From an uncultured Rivularia sp. (GTDB lineage Bacteria; Cyanobacteriota; Cyanobacteriia; Cyanobacteriales; Nostocaceae), in NCBI GenBank assembly GCA_963665115.1, contig OY762007.1, positions 7,520,001 through 7,584,000 on the forward strand: DNA of 64,000 nucleotides, in the 5' to 3' direction. This document shows, in pieces, positions 20,632-31,561 of this stretch. The translations under genes were made by a program, and so were the position numbers. The notes below the pieces were generated by a model, which made no database searches, was not told where the DNA came from, and was given only the letters and a program-made list of their open reading frames with translations. Each line of letters begins with the position of its first letter. The first letter of the stretch is position 1.

Positions 20632-20752
20632 ACCGGCTTGAAATCAATTTCAGGGCTGCATATACTAACTGTGTTAAAAAGCACTCAAATCTTTGCCTAG
20701 TCTGATTTATCAGACTTTTATTTTGAGCCTGGAAATTTATTCCAAGCCGGTT
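20632..20752. repeat. Dispersed inverted-repeat element
   Basis: AACCGGCTTGAAAT...ATTCCAAGCCGGTT terminal arms with internal hairpins. Confidence 0.65.
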
Positions 20753-21072
20753 GTGAAGCCCAATTGCCAATGGTGTAAAATAAAGACTTTTGCTATAACA
20801 CTATTTACTCCATTCCCCGTGGGGCTGTAAACTCTAAATCAATCCGTTTGAGAACTAAATTCGATGGTGCGTTACAGCATTATCAAAGATATCTGTAAAA
20901 TCGAATACGTTTCGCGCTGTAATACACCCTACAAGGCGAATAAAAAAATGAGGATTTTATAGCCCAGGTCGCCGGGCTTTGTATGTATAGCCCCACAATC
21001 CCATTGTGAGGGTTCTCAAAAATTTGCTATGCTAAATAAAACGTAGTGGTTATGAGTTTACTTAAAAATATT

Positions 21073-22440
21073 ATGACAAATCCAACTGTAGAAAATTTAG
21101 TAATTATCGGTTCTGGTCCTGCGGGTTATACTGCTGCTATTTATGCGGGACGTGCAAACCTTAAACCTGTTGTGTTTGAAGGGTTTGAAGCTGGGGGTTT
21201 ACCTGGTGGTCAGTTGATGACAACTACTGAAGTAGAAAACTTTCCTGGTTTCCCTGCTGGTATTACTGGCCCGCAATTGATGGATAAAATGAAGGCTCAA
21301 GCAGAACGTTGGGGGGCTGAGCTATATACTGAGGATGTGATTTCGGTCGATTTAAGTCAGCGTCCGTTTACCGTGCGTTCTTCTGAACGGGAGTTTAAAA
21401 CAAATAGTATTGTGATTGCAACTGGGGCGACTGCGAAGCGTTTAGGTTTACCCAGCGAGCAAGAATTTTGGAGTCGCGGTATTTCAGCCTGTGCGATTTG
21501 TGACGGCGCGACTCCGATTTTTCACAGTGCGGAATTAGCTGTAATCGGCGCTGGTGATTCGGCTGCGGAAGAAGCAATTTACTTAACTAAGTATGGTGAT
21601 ACGGTGAATTTGTTAGTTCGTAGCGATACTATGCGAGCTAGTAAAGCCATGCAAGATAGGGTTTTAAATAATCCTAAAATTAAAGTGCATTGGAATACCG
21701 AAGCTGTAGACATATTCGGCGACGAAAATCATATGCAGGGAATAAAAGTCCGCAATAATCAAACTGGCGAAGAAAGCGAGTTACAGGCTAAAGGATTATT
21801 CTACGCCATCGGACACACCCCCAATACATCATTATTTAAAGAACAGTTAGAACTCGATGATGTTGGTTACGTTGTTACCAAAGGCAACTCAGTAGAAACC
21901 AGCGTAGAAGGTGTTTATGCTGTTGGTGACGTACAAGACCATGAATTTCGTCAAGCAATCACCGCAGCGGGTTCTGGCTGTATGGGAGCAATGTTAGCCG
22001 AGCGTTGGTTATCCGCAGAAGGATTGCTGCAAGAATTTAGTCAAAAGCCAGAAAACAACGACTTAAAACCCCAAGAAGAAGAAAAAACCGCTGCCGATAC
22101 AGAAGATGATTTTGATATTAACAATACCCGTCATATAGGAGGTTACGCCCTGAGAAAAATATTTCACGAGGGCGATCGCCCTTTAATGGTGAAGTACATT
22201 TCTCCCGGTTGCGGTCCTTGCCATACGCTCAAACCCATATTAAATAAAGTAGTGGATGAATTTGACGGTAAAATTCACTTCGTAGAAATCGACATCGATA
22301 AAGATAGAGAAATTGCCGAACAAGCAAATGTAACCGGAACCCCTACAGTACAAATCTTCAAACACAAAGAATTATTACAAGAATTAAAAGGCGTGAAGCA
22401 GAAGAGTCAGTATCGGCAGTTGTTGGAAAGCACTCTTTAA
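21073..22440 (+). CDS. trxB: NADPH thioredoxin reductase fused to a C-terminal thioredoxin (NTRC)
   Basis: GSGPAG, CAICDG, GAGDSA motifs; C-terminal Trx with CGPC; ATG start at 21073 preferred. Confidence 0.93.
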   Translation: MTNPTVENLVIIGSGPAGYTAAIYAGRANLKPVVFEGFEAGGLPGGQLMTTTEVENFPGFPAGITGPQLMDKMKAQAERWGAELYTEDVISVDLSQRPFTVRSSEREFKTNSIVIATGATAKRLGLPSEQEFWSRGISACAICDGATPIFHSAELAVIGAGDSAAEEAIYLTKYGDTVNLLVRSDTMRASKAMQDRVLNNPKIKVHWNTEAVDIFGDENHMQGIKVRNNQTGEESELQAKGLFYAIGHTPNTSLFKEQLELDDVGYVVTKGNSVETSVEGVYAVGDVQDHEFRQAITAAGSGCMGAMLAERWLSAEGLLQEFSQKPENNDLKPQEEEKTAADTEDDFDINNTRHIGGYALRKIFHEGDRPLMVKYISPGCGPCHTLKPILNKVVDEFDGKIHFVEIDIDKDREIAEQANVTGTPTVQIFKHKELLQELKGVKQKSQYRQLLESTL

Positions 22441-22445
22441 AAATT

Positions 22446-22669
22446 TGGGGATTGGGGATTGGGCATTGGGGATTGGTAATCGGTAATTGGTAATTGGTTA
22501 TAAATCGTTAGAAGTTAGGATTTGTAGAATTTCACCAAGTTCTGGATATAACATTCTTAGCCCACCTTCGTGGGCTTTGCTCTTGCAGCCCCACCCATAA
22601 GCGGGTGAGGGCATTTCGGCATTTCCGCTAAATTCCCCATGCCCCATGCCCAATCCCCAATCCCCCATT
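22446..22669. repeat. STRR heptamer tracts in inverted orientation flanking a small dispersed repeat
   Basis: TGGGGAT/TGGTAAT tracts at 22446-22499; CCCCATG/CCCCAAT at 22634-22669; 22559-22612 resembles 20961-21012. Confidence 0.75.
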
Positions 22670-22761
22670 CTAAAATATTAATTTTTGAGTTTTGAGTTGA
22701 CAAAGTGACCAGAAGGCATTAAAACTCATAACTCATAACTCTATAATTAAAAAATCAAGCT

Positions 22762-23649
22762 ATGACCGTTGCTAAAGGTTTCTTGCCAAGATTTTTACCT
22801 TTTATAAATAAAAAACGTACTCTTTCTCAACAATTAATGTTGGTTGGGTTAGCCATTACTTTAGTGTTTGTTTTTCTAGCATTATTTTCTCCTTTACTTC
22901 AAGCTTTGGGATTGCTGCAAGATCCAACTGAGTTTCTTGATAATCCGATTCATACACCACCTTCATTAAAACACTGGTTTGGTACGAGTCGTTTGGGCTA
23001 TGACATATTTTCTCGTACTGTTTTTGGCGCTCAAGCCGCATTGCAGGTGGTTCTATTAGCTACTGCATTAAGTATGCTGGTTGGCGTGCCTTTGGGTATG
23101 TTGAGCGGCTATATTGGCGGTAGGTTGGATAAGGTATTGCTGTTTATTATGGATAGCATTTATACCTTGCCCGGTCTGCTGCTTTCGGTGACGCTGGCGT
23201 TTGTTGTCGGGCGTGGAATAATCAATGCGGCGCTGGCAATTAGTATTGCTTACGTCCCGCAATATTACCGAGTTGTTCGCAACCATACAGTAAGCGTTAA
23301 GACAGAAGTATTTGTAGAAGCAGCACAAGCAATTGGTGCCAATACTTGGCAAGTGCTTTCGCGGTATTTATTTTTGAACGTAATTCAAAGCGTACCTGTG
23401 TTATTCACCTTAAACGCCGCCGATGCCATCTTAGTATTAGGTGGTTTAGGATTTTTAGGATTGGGGCTTCCCGAAGAAGTACCAGAATGGGGACACGATT
23501 TAAAACAAGCCTTGGCTGCCTTACCCACAGGGATTTGGTGGACTACACTTTTCCCCGGATTAGCGATGACAACAATGGTAGTAGGGTTATCACTACTTGG
23601 TGAAGGATTGAATGAGTTTGTCAATCCGCGTTTAAGGAAACGAAAATAG
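22762..23649 (+). CDS. Peptide/nickel ABC transporter permease (DppC/OppC type)
   Basis: HWFGTSRLGYDIFSR, EAA motif FVEAAQAIGA, LGFLGLG..PEWG. Confidence 0.92.
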   Translation: MTVAKGFLPRFLPFINKKRTLSQQLMLVGLAITLVFVFLALFSPLLQALGLLQDPTEFLDNPIHTPPSLKHWFGTSRLGYDIFSRTVFGAQAALQVVLLATALSMLVGVPLGMLSGYIGGRLDKVLLFIMDSIYTLPGLLLSVTLAFVVGRGIINAALAISIAYVPQYYRVVRNHTVSVKTEVFVEAAQAIGANTWQVLSRYLFLNVIQSVPVLFTLNAADAILVLGGLGFLGLGLPEEVPEWGHDLKQALAALPTGIWWTTLFPGLAMTTMVVGLSLLGEGLNEFVNPRLRKRK

Positions 23650-23702
23650 GTCAAAGGTTAAAGGTCAAAGGTCAAAGGTTAAAGGTTAAAGGTTAAAGGT
23701 TA
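23650..23702. repeat. Heptamer tandem repeat (AAAGGT[T/C])n
   Basis: About 7 units read directly. Confidence 0.85.
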
Positions 23703-23855
23703 GGATTTATAAATCTATGTAGTGGCAGGTCTCGCTCCCTACTTAATAAATTTCTACCCCCTCTACCCCCTCTACCCCCTCCCTCCTTGTCTCCTTCTAC
23801 CCCCTCTCCCCCATCTCCAATGCCCTTTGCCCCATTCCCAATATTAATAAAGATT

Positions 23856-24071
23856 ATGGTTAAAGATAAAATTTCGTTGGTTGCTGCTGCCGCTGGTGGT
23901 TTTATGTTGTTTATGGCTCTGAGTGGTATTCTACAGGGAGCACCTGTAACAGCTTTACAGGCACAGCATAGTTTTGATTCGATTAAAGCTGCCGATTTGC
24001 AGTTGCAAAAAGTTTACCCGGATGAAGCAATAAACGCTATACAGCAAAGCCCAAAAAAAGTACGAAGATAA
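23856..24071 (+). CDS. Small hypothetical protein with N-terminal hydrophobic segment
   Basis: MVKDKISLVAAAAGGFMLFMALSGILQG...; the upstream extension in the ORF track is repeat-derived. Confidence 0.55.
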   Translation: MVKDKISLVAAAAGGFMLFMALSGILQGAPVTALQAQHSFDSIKAADLQLQKVYPDEAINAIQQSPKKVRR

Positions 24072-24255
24072 AGCTATTCGTCAAAGCGCACTGAATAAAA
24101 ACAAGCTGCTTCTCGTAAAGCTTAAAAATATTTTTAAGCTTTTGTCAATTCCTTCACGATTGCAGATTGAAAACCGATGCCGAGTTTGTTGGTGCGTTGT
24201 GCTGTGGCGACAACACACCCTATAACTGATAACTGCTCACTGTTAACTGAAAAAA

Positions 24256-25155
24256 GTGCTAACTCAAGTAATTGGTATCGATTTGGGAGGAACGGCAATA
24301 AAGTTAGGACGATTTACGTCTGATGGTTCTTGTTTAAAGTCATTAACTGTGCGTACTCCCCAACCAGCGACTCCAGAAGCAGTAGTGGCGGCTATTGTTG
24401 ATGCTGTTGCTAAAGTCGATCCACAAGGAAATGCTGTTGCGATCGGTGTTGGAACTCCTGGTCCTGCGGATGAGAAAGGACGCATTGCCAAAATTGCGAT
24501 TAATCTTCCTCAATGGCGGAATGTTTTTTTAGCAGATATTTTGGAAGCGAAAATCGGTAAACCTACGATTATTGAAAATGATGCAAACTGCGCTGGCTTG
24601 GGTGAAGCTTGGCTGGGTGCAGGTCGTTATTATCAAAATTTTATTTTATTAACTTTAGGTACTGGTGTTGGTGGAGCGATTTTTATTGACGATAAGTTGT
24701 TTACAGGAAGATTTGGTTCTGCTGGGGAATTGGGCTTAATTAGTTTAATTCCCGACGGCCCGCAATGTAAAAGCGGCAATCAAGGTTCTTTAGAACAACA
24801 TACCTCGATAATCGCAATTCGTCGCCGCACTGGTAAAGAACCTCTGGAATTAGGTGCTTTAGCCAAAACTGGGGATGAAGAAGCATTAAAGTTTTGGCAA
24901 GAATATGGAAAGGATTTAGGAATTGGAATAACAAGTTTAATTTACGTACTAACCCCTGAAGCGGTTGTAATTGGGGGTGGCGTTAGTGCGAGTTTCGAGT
25001 TTTTTCTACCATCAATCAAAGCAGAAATTGAACGGCGAGTAATGCCCACATCCCGCGAAAATTTGCAAATAATAAAAGCGCAGTTGGGTAATGATGCAGG
25101 AATGTTGGGAGCTGCGAAGTTAGCGATTGAGAAATTTGTTAAGAGTAGGGAATAG
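24256..25155 (+). CDS. ROK-family sugar kinase (glucokinase-like)
   Basis: IGIDLGGT, ENDANCAGLGE, LGTGVGG, AGELG and GNDAGMLGAA motifs. Confidence 0.92.
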   Translation: MLTQVIGIDLGGTAIKLGRFTSDGSCLKSLTVRTPQPATPEAVVAAIVDAVAKVDPQGNAVAIGVGTPGPADEKGRIAKIAINLPQWRNVFLADILEAKIGKPTIIENDANCAGLGEAWLGAGRYYQNFILLTLGTGVGGAIFIDDKLFTGRFGSAGELGLISLIPDGPQCKSGNQGSLEQHTSIIAIRRRTGKEPLELGALAKTGDEEALKFWQEYGKDLGIGITSLIYVLTPEAVVIGGGVSASFEFFLPSIKAEIERRVMPTSRENLQIIKAQLGNDAGMLGAAKLAIEKFVKSRE

Positions 25156-25328
25156 GGCATGGGGCATGGGGCATTGGGGATGGGAAAGAGGAGGAAGAGT
25201 GGGAAGATGGGGAGTGGGTAAGAATAATTAATGATTAAATCAACTATTAACTTACTAATTATAACTCCTAACTCATAGCTTATAACTTTTCATTTTCAAC
25301 CCAATGCCCCATGCCCTATACCCAATTC

Positions 25329-25757
25329 TTAACTTTCCGACAACGTATATCCCGTTGTCTGATGAATGTAGTGCAGGACTTTATTATAGGATTCGGGATT
25401 GCTTGTGGGGTTGATAATTATGGGTATGCTGCTGTCGGGCAACCAAAAGGTTATCCTACCGTTCGTTTCGTGACAAAATGATGAAATACATTTGAGGTTG
25501 ATCACGTATTCGTTTCTTTCGTAAAAGATTCTTACCCAGTAAGTACCTTCTGGTTCCGAATTGTTGACTCGTTCGATGTATTCCAAGATTTTTTGGTAGT
25601 CTTCTTGGTTGTTGTGGGGAATAATCACGATAGGTATGGCACTATTTGGCAACCAAAATGTCACCCGACCGTTTGGTTCGCAGCAGAAAGCTGTGACGCG
25701 CTCAAAATCAACTACATATTCTTTTTTTTCGTAGTAGATTTTTACCCAATACGCCAC
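25329..25757 (-). CDS. Hypothetical protein made of two tandem ~62-aa repeats
   Basis: YWV.I.YE..EYV......FC.E.NGR.TFWLP.S.IPI.I.P occurs twice; GTG start with RBS. Confidence 0.8.
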   Translation of the reverse strand: MAYWVKIYYEKKEYVVDFERVTAFCCEPNGRVTFWLPNSAIPIVIIPHNNQEDYQKILEYIERVNNSEPEGTYWVRIFYERNEYVINLKCISSFCHETNGRITFWLPDSSIPIIINPTSNPESYNKVLHYIHQTTGYTLSES

Positions 25758-25867
25758 AGTTTCTCCTCTCTACCTTCCCGGAATTTAGACGACACATTTT
25801 TAGCAACACTCCTGTTTCAGAGTATAAAGCCTTCACCGCCTTCTCGTTGTGAGTAAATACTCTGGAA

Positions 25868-27547
<1,680 letters not shown>

Positions 27548-27594
27548 TCATTGTGCCACAGTAAATGTTGAGAATTTTGTTGTAAACCACAGAC

Positions 27595-29367
27595 GTGAAA
27601 CCACTGTTAGGATTAGTAGTATTAGCTTCAGTCGCAACTCCCAACTTAGCTTGGGCACAAGAACAACCCTTGAAAGTGGTTTATCCCCCGACAAACCACA
27701 AAACAACCTCAGATAAAATCTTTTTCATCGGTACAGCTCCACCAACCGGACAGGTTTCAATAAATGGTAAGCCAATTAATAGATCCCAATCCGGTCATTT
27801 TGCACCTAGTCTTCCCCTACGAATAGGAGAGAACACATTTACAATACGCCATAAAGACCAACAAATTGAGCTTATTGTTATCAGAACCAATAACTCTCTA
27901 AGCGTGCCCCAAGGGTTAGCCTTTGCGAAAGATTCTCTAATTCCAAAAGTTGATATTACTCGACTTCCAGGAGAACTTATATGTTTTAGCGCGATCGCAC
28001 CTCCAAGCGCTACAGTATCCGTGAATTTGGGTGAAAATAAACGGATTCCTCTTCTCCTGCAACCACCGCTCAGCCAGTTACCTAGTAACTTAGCGGCTTT
28101 AACAGGAACCAATCAACCCCAAAATGCTACAAGGGGCGAATATTCGGGTTGCACCATAGCAAAAGCTACGATGGAAGCAACACCAGAATATCAACTAACG
28201 CTTAACGGCGAAACAATAACTCAAAAAGCCCCTGGAAAAATTGCCTTTCTAGAACCTTCGCATTTGCCGGTTGTAGAAGTAAGTGCTGAGTTTGGTGTGG
28301 CTCGCACTGGCCCCTCTACTAATTATTCTAGACTAACCCCATTGCCCAAGGGTACACGTTCGGCTGTAACGGGAATAACTGGCGAGTGGTTGCGTTTGGA
28401 CTATGGAGCTTGGATTAAAAGTTCGGAAACGGTTGCTTTGCCTAATGCAATTGTTCCTAACACAATTATTCGCAGTGTTGCTTCTAGCCAATCCAAAGAT
28501 GCAACTTTGGTCAGTTTTCCTTTACAAACTCCTGTACCCGTGACCGTCAAGCAGGAGTCGGACAAATTTACTTTGACGTTGCACAATACCACCGCCCAAA
28601 CGGACACTATTCCATTTAATGACAATCCATTTGTATCGCGCATGGATTGGCAGCAAATACCTCCCTCCCCAGGAGGAAGTTCAACGGCAGTGGAATATAT
28701 TTTTAATCTGAAGAAAAATCAACAGTGGGGATACAAACTCGGATATGAAGGCACGACTTTAAAATTAAAGTTACGTCACGCTCCCGAATTACCTCGTAGC
28801 AGACGCAAACCTTTATCTGGAATCAAGATTTTAATAGATCCCGGACATGGTGGCAAAGAATCGGGAGCAGTTGGGCCTACAGGTTTACCAGAAAAAGATG
28901 TAAATTTAACTGTATCCAAGCTGTTGCGGGAAGAATTGGTCAAAAAAGGGGCTACGGTGGTGATGACGCGCGAAGTTGATAAATTTGTATCTTTGGGCGA
29001 TCGCCAGAAGATAATTGCTGAAGAAGAACCCGTTTTATCGCTGTCAGTTCATTACAACGCTCTCCCCGATTACGGGGATGCGGAAAATACTAAGGGCATA
29101 GGAATGTTTTGGTATCATCCACAAGCTCATAGTTTGGCAATATATCTACATAACTACTTGGTTGAAAAGCTAGATAGACCTTCCTATGGAGTATTTTGGA
29201 ATAACTTAGCGCTAACTCGTCCGGAAGCAGCACCATCACTATTATTAGAGTTGGGTTTCATGAGTAACCCGGAGGAATTTGAATGGGTAAGCAATCCTAA
29301 GCAGCAGAAAAAGTTAGCGCGAACTCTTGCTGACGGTATTGTGAAGTGGTTGAGAACTAATCGGTAA
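27595..29367 (+). CDS. Secreted N-acetylmuramoyl-L-alanine amidase (Amidase_3)
   Basis: Signal peptide; SH3-like RTGPSTNY; IDPGHGG, EKDVNL, SVHYNA and LLELGFMSN motifs. Confidence 0.92.
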   Translation: MKPLLGLVVLASVATPNLAWAQEQPLKVVYPPTNHKTTSDKIFFIGTAPPTGQVSINGKPINRSQSGHFAPSLPLRIGENTFTIRHKDQQIELIVIRTNNSLSVPQGLAFAKDSLIPKVDITRLPGELICFSAIAPPSATVSVNLGENKRIPLLLQPPLSQLPSNLAALTGTNQPQNATRGEYSGCTIAKATMEATPEYQLTLNGETITQKAPGKIAFLEPSHLPVVEVSAEFGVARTGPSTNYSRLTPLPKGTRSAVTGITGEWLRLDYGAWIKSSETVALPNAIVPNTIIRSVASSQSKDATLVSFPLQTPVPVTVKQESDKFTLTLHNTTAQTDTIPFNDNPFVSRMDWQQIPPSPGGSSTAVEYIFNLKKNQQWGYKLGYEGTTLKLKLRHAPELPRSRRKPLSGIKILIDPGHGGKESGAVGPTGLPEKDVNLTVSKLLREELVKKGATVVMTREVDKFVSLGDRQKIIAEEEPVLSLSVHYNALPDYGDAENTKGIGMFWYHPQAHSLAIYLHNYLVEKLDRPSYGVFWNNLALTRPEAAPSLLLELGFMSNPEEFEWVSNPKQQKKLARTLADGIVKWLRTNR

Positions 29368-29417
29368 AAGTTTGATTGTAATTGAAAACGATTAATTGAT
29401 TGCAGGATTTTTTGAGG

Positions 29418-29462
29418 TGTGGGCTTTTACTTTGTTCGCAAGAATGTAGTAAAAGTCCATAC
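29418..29462 (+). terminator. Probable terminator after amidase
   Basis: GTGGGCTTTTACT...AGTAAAAGTCCAT hairpin followed by T-rich sequence. Confidence 0.5.
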
Positions 29463-30641
29463 TTTGTTTTCCTAACCGTTGAGAATCAAGTTAAGTAATA
29501 TTGTCGAGTTTGAATTATCCAAAGATGTCTAACTATAGGTGGATTTACTTAGTTTATTACAAACGGTAAATTTATAAAGTGATTTTGTAGGCATTACAGT
29601 TTAATTATTTTGTTTTTTCTTGATTACTATACATTGCGACCGCGATAGCTCAACCTAAATATTCCGAAAAAGATACTCATGCAGTCAATCGTCCTACAGC
29701 TATTAGAAATCAATAAAACTCTGAAGAATTTCTATTATGAATATATTTCTAATATGAATCGATAGCCTATAGTATTTTGAATCGATTTATGCAATTTCAT
29801 CGTGCTTCAGTCTATATATCCAGCTTGGATCGTACCGATGTGGATTTCACTTAAGTATAAGGGGAAATACCATGAAAACCTTGAATAATAAGCCTTATTG
29901 ATTCCGAATACCGCGATTTTTTTACGAGCTTTCACGGTAGCTTTACAATTTCTTTACTATAAAGGATGGCTTCTACATATTAACTTTACAGTAATTGGTT
30001 TAAATTATTCCAATTGAAGCTATATTAAAGTTTGTTCGCAAAAAAATGAATAAATCGAAATAAACCGTTATACTTTGTCTCGATTTGAATCGTTTTTCAA
30101 AAAATGCTTTTGGTTTAAATGCTTTTAGATGATTGCTAGACAAAGATTTTGAGACAGTTACAATACCGCACTCAAAGTACGGTAATAAGATCCTTAAACA
30201 GATGATGGGTAAAAGCTATGCAATATTGCTACGGCGTATCTACTAAAAAACTAAAAGATTGTTTACGCATATGTATTTTAGAAGACTTATACCTATTGCG
30301 TATAAAAATGGAATATGGAATTCCCCTTGTTTAGATACCCCTTTAGTAGGATATTGCTTAACGCTGATGAATAGCTTTAGCCTTACTTGGAAGATATGGA
30401 GTATTTCATTTGAGGGGCTGTCATTTAATTAGTGCCATACGCTAAGCGTCAAGCAGTAAGGCTTATCGGCGTATAGAAGCGCCCTTGAATAAAATACTCA
30501 GATTATAAGCTTGCTCAAGCCGGATTTTCGTCAAAGAGGCTTATTCTATAGTGTTATTTGAGTTTCCCTAATTATTGGTCTTCCCTGGCTAGTCATTGAT
30601 AGATACTTTATTTGAAACGTAGTAGTGCTGTTTGGATATAG

Positions 30642-31454
30642 GTGATGACACAGGTGCAGTTGCTGAACGTAAATATTAACAATGTCGCTATGAGCGACTT
30701 GCTAGATAAGTTGCAAGGTGGTGGTCTCGTAGTAACCCCCAACGTAGACCACCTAATGAAATTGCAGAGAGATCCCGATTTTTATGGAGTTTACCAACAA
30801 GCAGAATATACGGTTTGCGACAGCAAAATACTAATGTATGTATCTCGCTTTTTGGGAACGCCCATACAAGAGAAAATTTCAGGTTCGGATTTGTTTCCAG
30901 CTTTTTATAACTATTACAGAAATGACCAAAAGATAAAAATATTTTTACTTGGAGCTGAAGAAGGAATTGCTGAAATTGCTCGAAGAAACATCAATTCTAA
31001 GGTAGGTAGAAATATGATTATTGATACTTACTCACCTCCCTTTGGTTTTGAAAAAGATCAAAAAGAATGCCAAAAAATTATCAAGCTAATTAATTCTTCA
31101 GATGCAACTGTTTTAGCAATTGGAGTAGGCGCTCCCAAACAGGAAATGTGGATTGCGAAACATAGAAAGTATTTACATAAAGTCAAAATATTCTTGGCAA
31201 TTGGCGCAACAATTAACTTTGAGGCAGGAAATATCAAACGTTCCCCTAAATGGATGAGCGAAGTCGGTCTAGAATGGCTATATAGACTTTTAAGCGAACC
31301 TAAACGGCTTTGGAAAAGATATTTAGTTGATGCACTTCCATTCCTAGTGTTGGTTTGCAAACAACGCTTTCAACTGTACAAAAATCCGTGGTCGAAAGTT
31401 AAACCCAATCAAGCTAATATAATTTCTGTATTTAGAGGTTTTAAGAGAATGTGA
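30642..31454 (+). CDS. WecB/TagA/CpsF glycosyltransferase (GT26)
   Basis: VVTPNVDH, SGSDL, YSPPFG, GVGAPKQE and GLEWLYRL..EPKRLWKRY motifs. Confidence 0.93.
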   Translation: MMTQVQLLNVNINNVAMSDLLDKLQGGGLVVTPNVDHLMKLQRDPDFYGVYQQAEYTVCDSKILMYVSRFLGTPIQEKISGSDLFPAFYNYYRNDQKIKIFLLGAEEGIAEIARRNINSKVGRNMIIDTYSPPFGFEKDQKECQKIIKLINSSDATVLAIGVGAPKQEMWIAKHRKYLHKVKIFLAIGATINFEAGNIKRSPKWMSEVGLEWLYRLLSEPKRLWKRYLVDALPFLVLVCKQRFQLYKNPWSKVKPNQANIISVFRGFKRM

Positions 31455-31561
31455 AAATGATTTTACTTCTTTTGGAATAAGGAATATAGCAAATAATAAC
31501 ATTTGATATTGAAGGTATCTCTTTTTCAATTGAATTCAACATACACCATTGGAAACGAACT

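Noticed and set aside
20510..20770. 86-aa minus-strand ORF as a transposase remnant
   Set aside because: Runs through an inverted-repeat element; no HUH or DDE motifs seen
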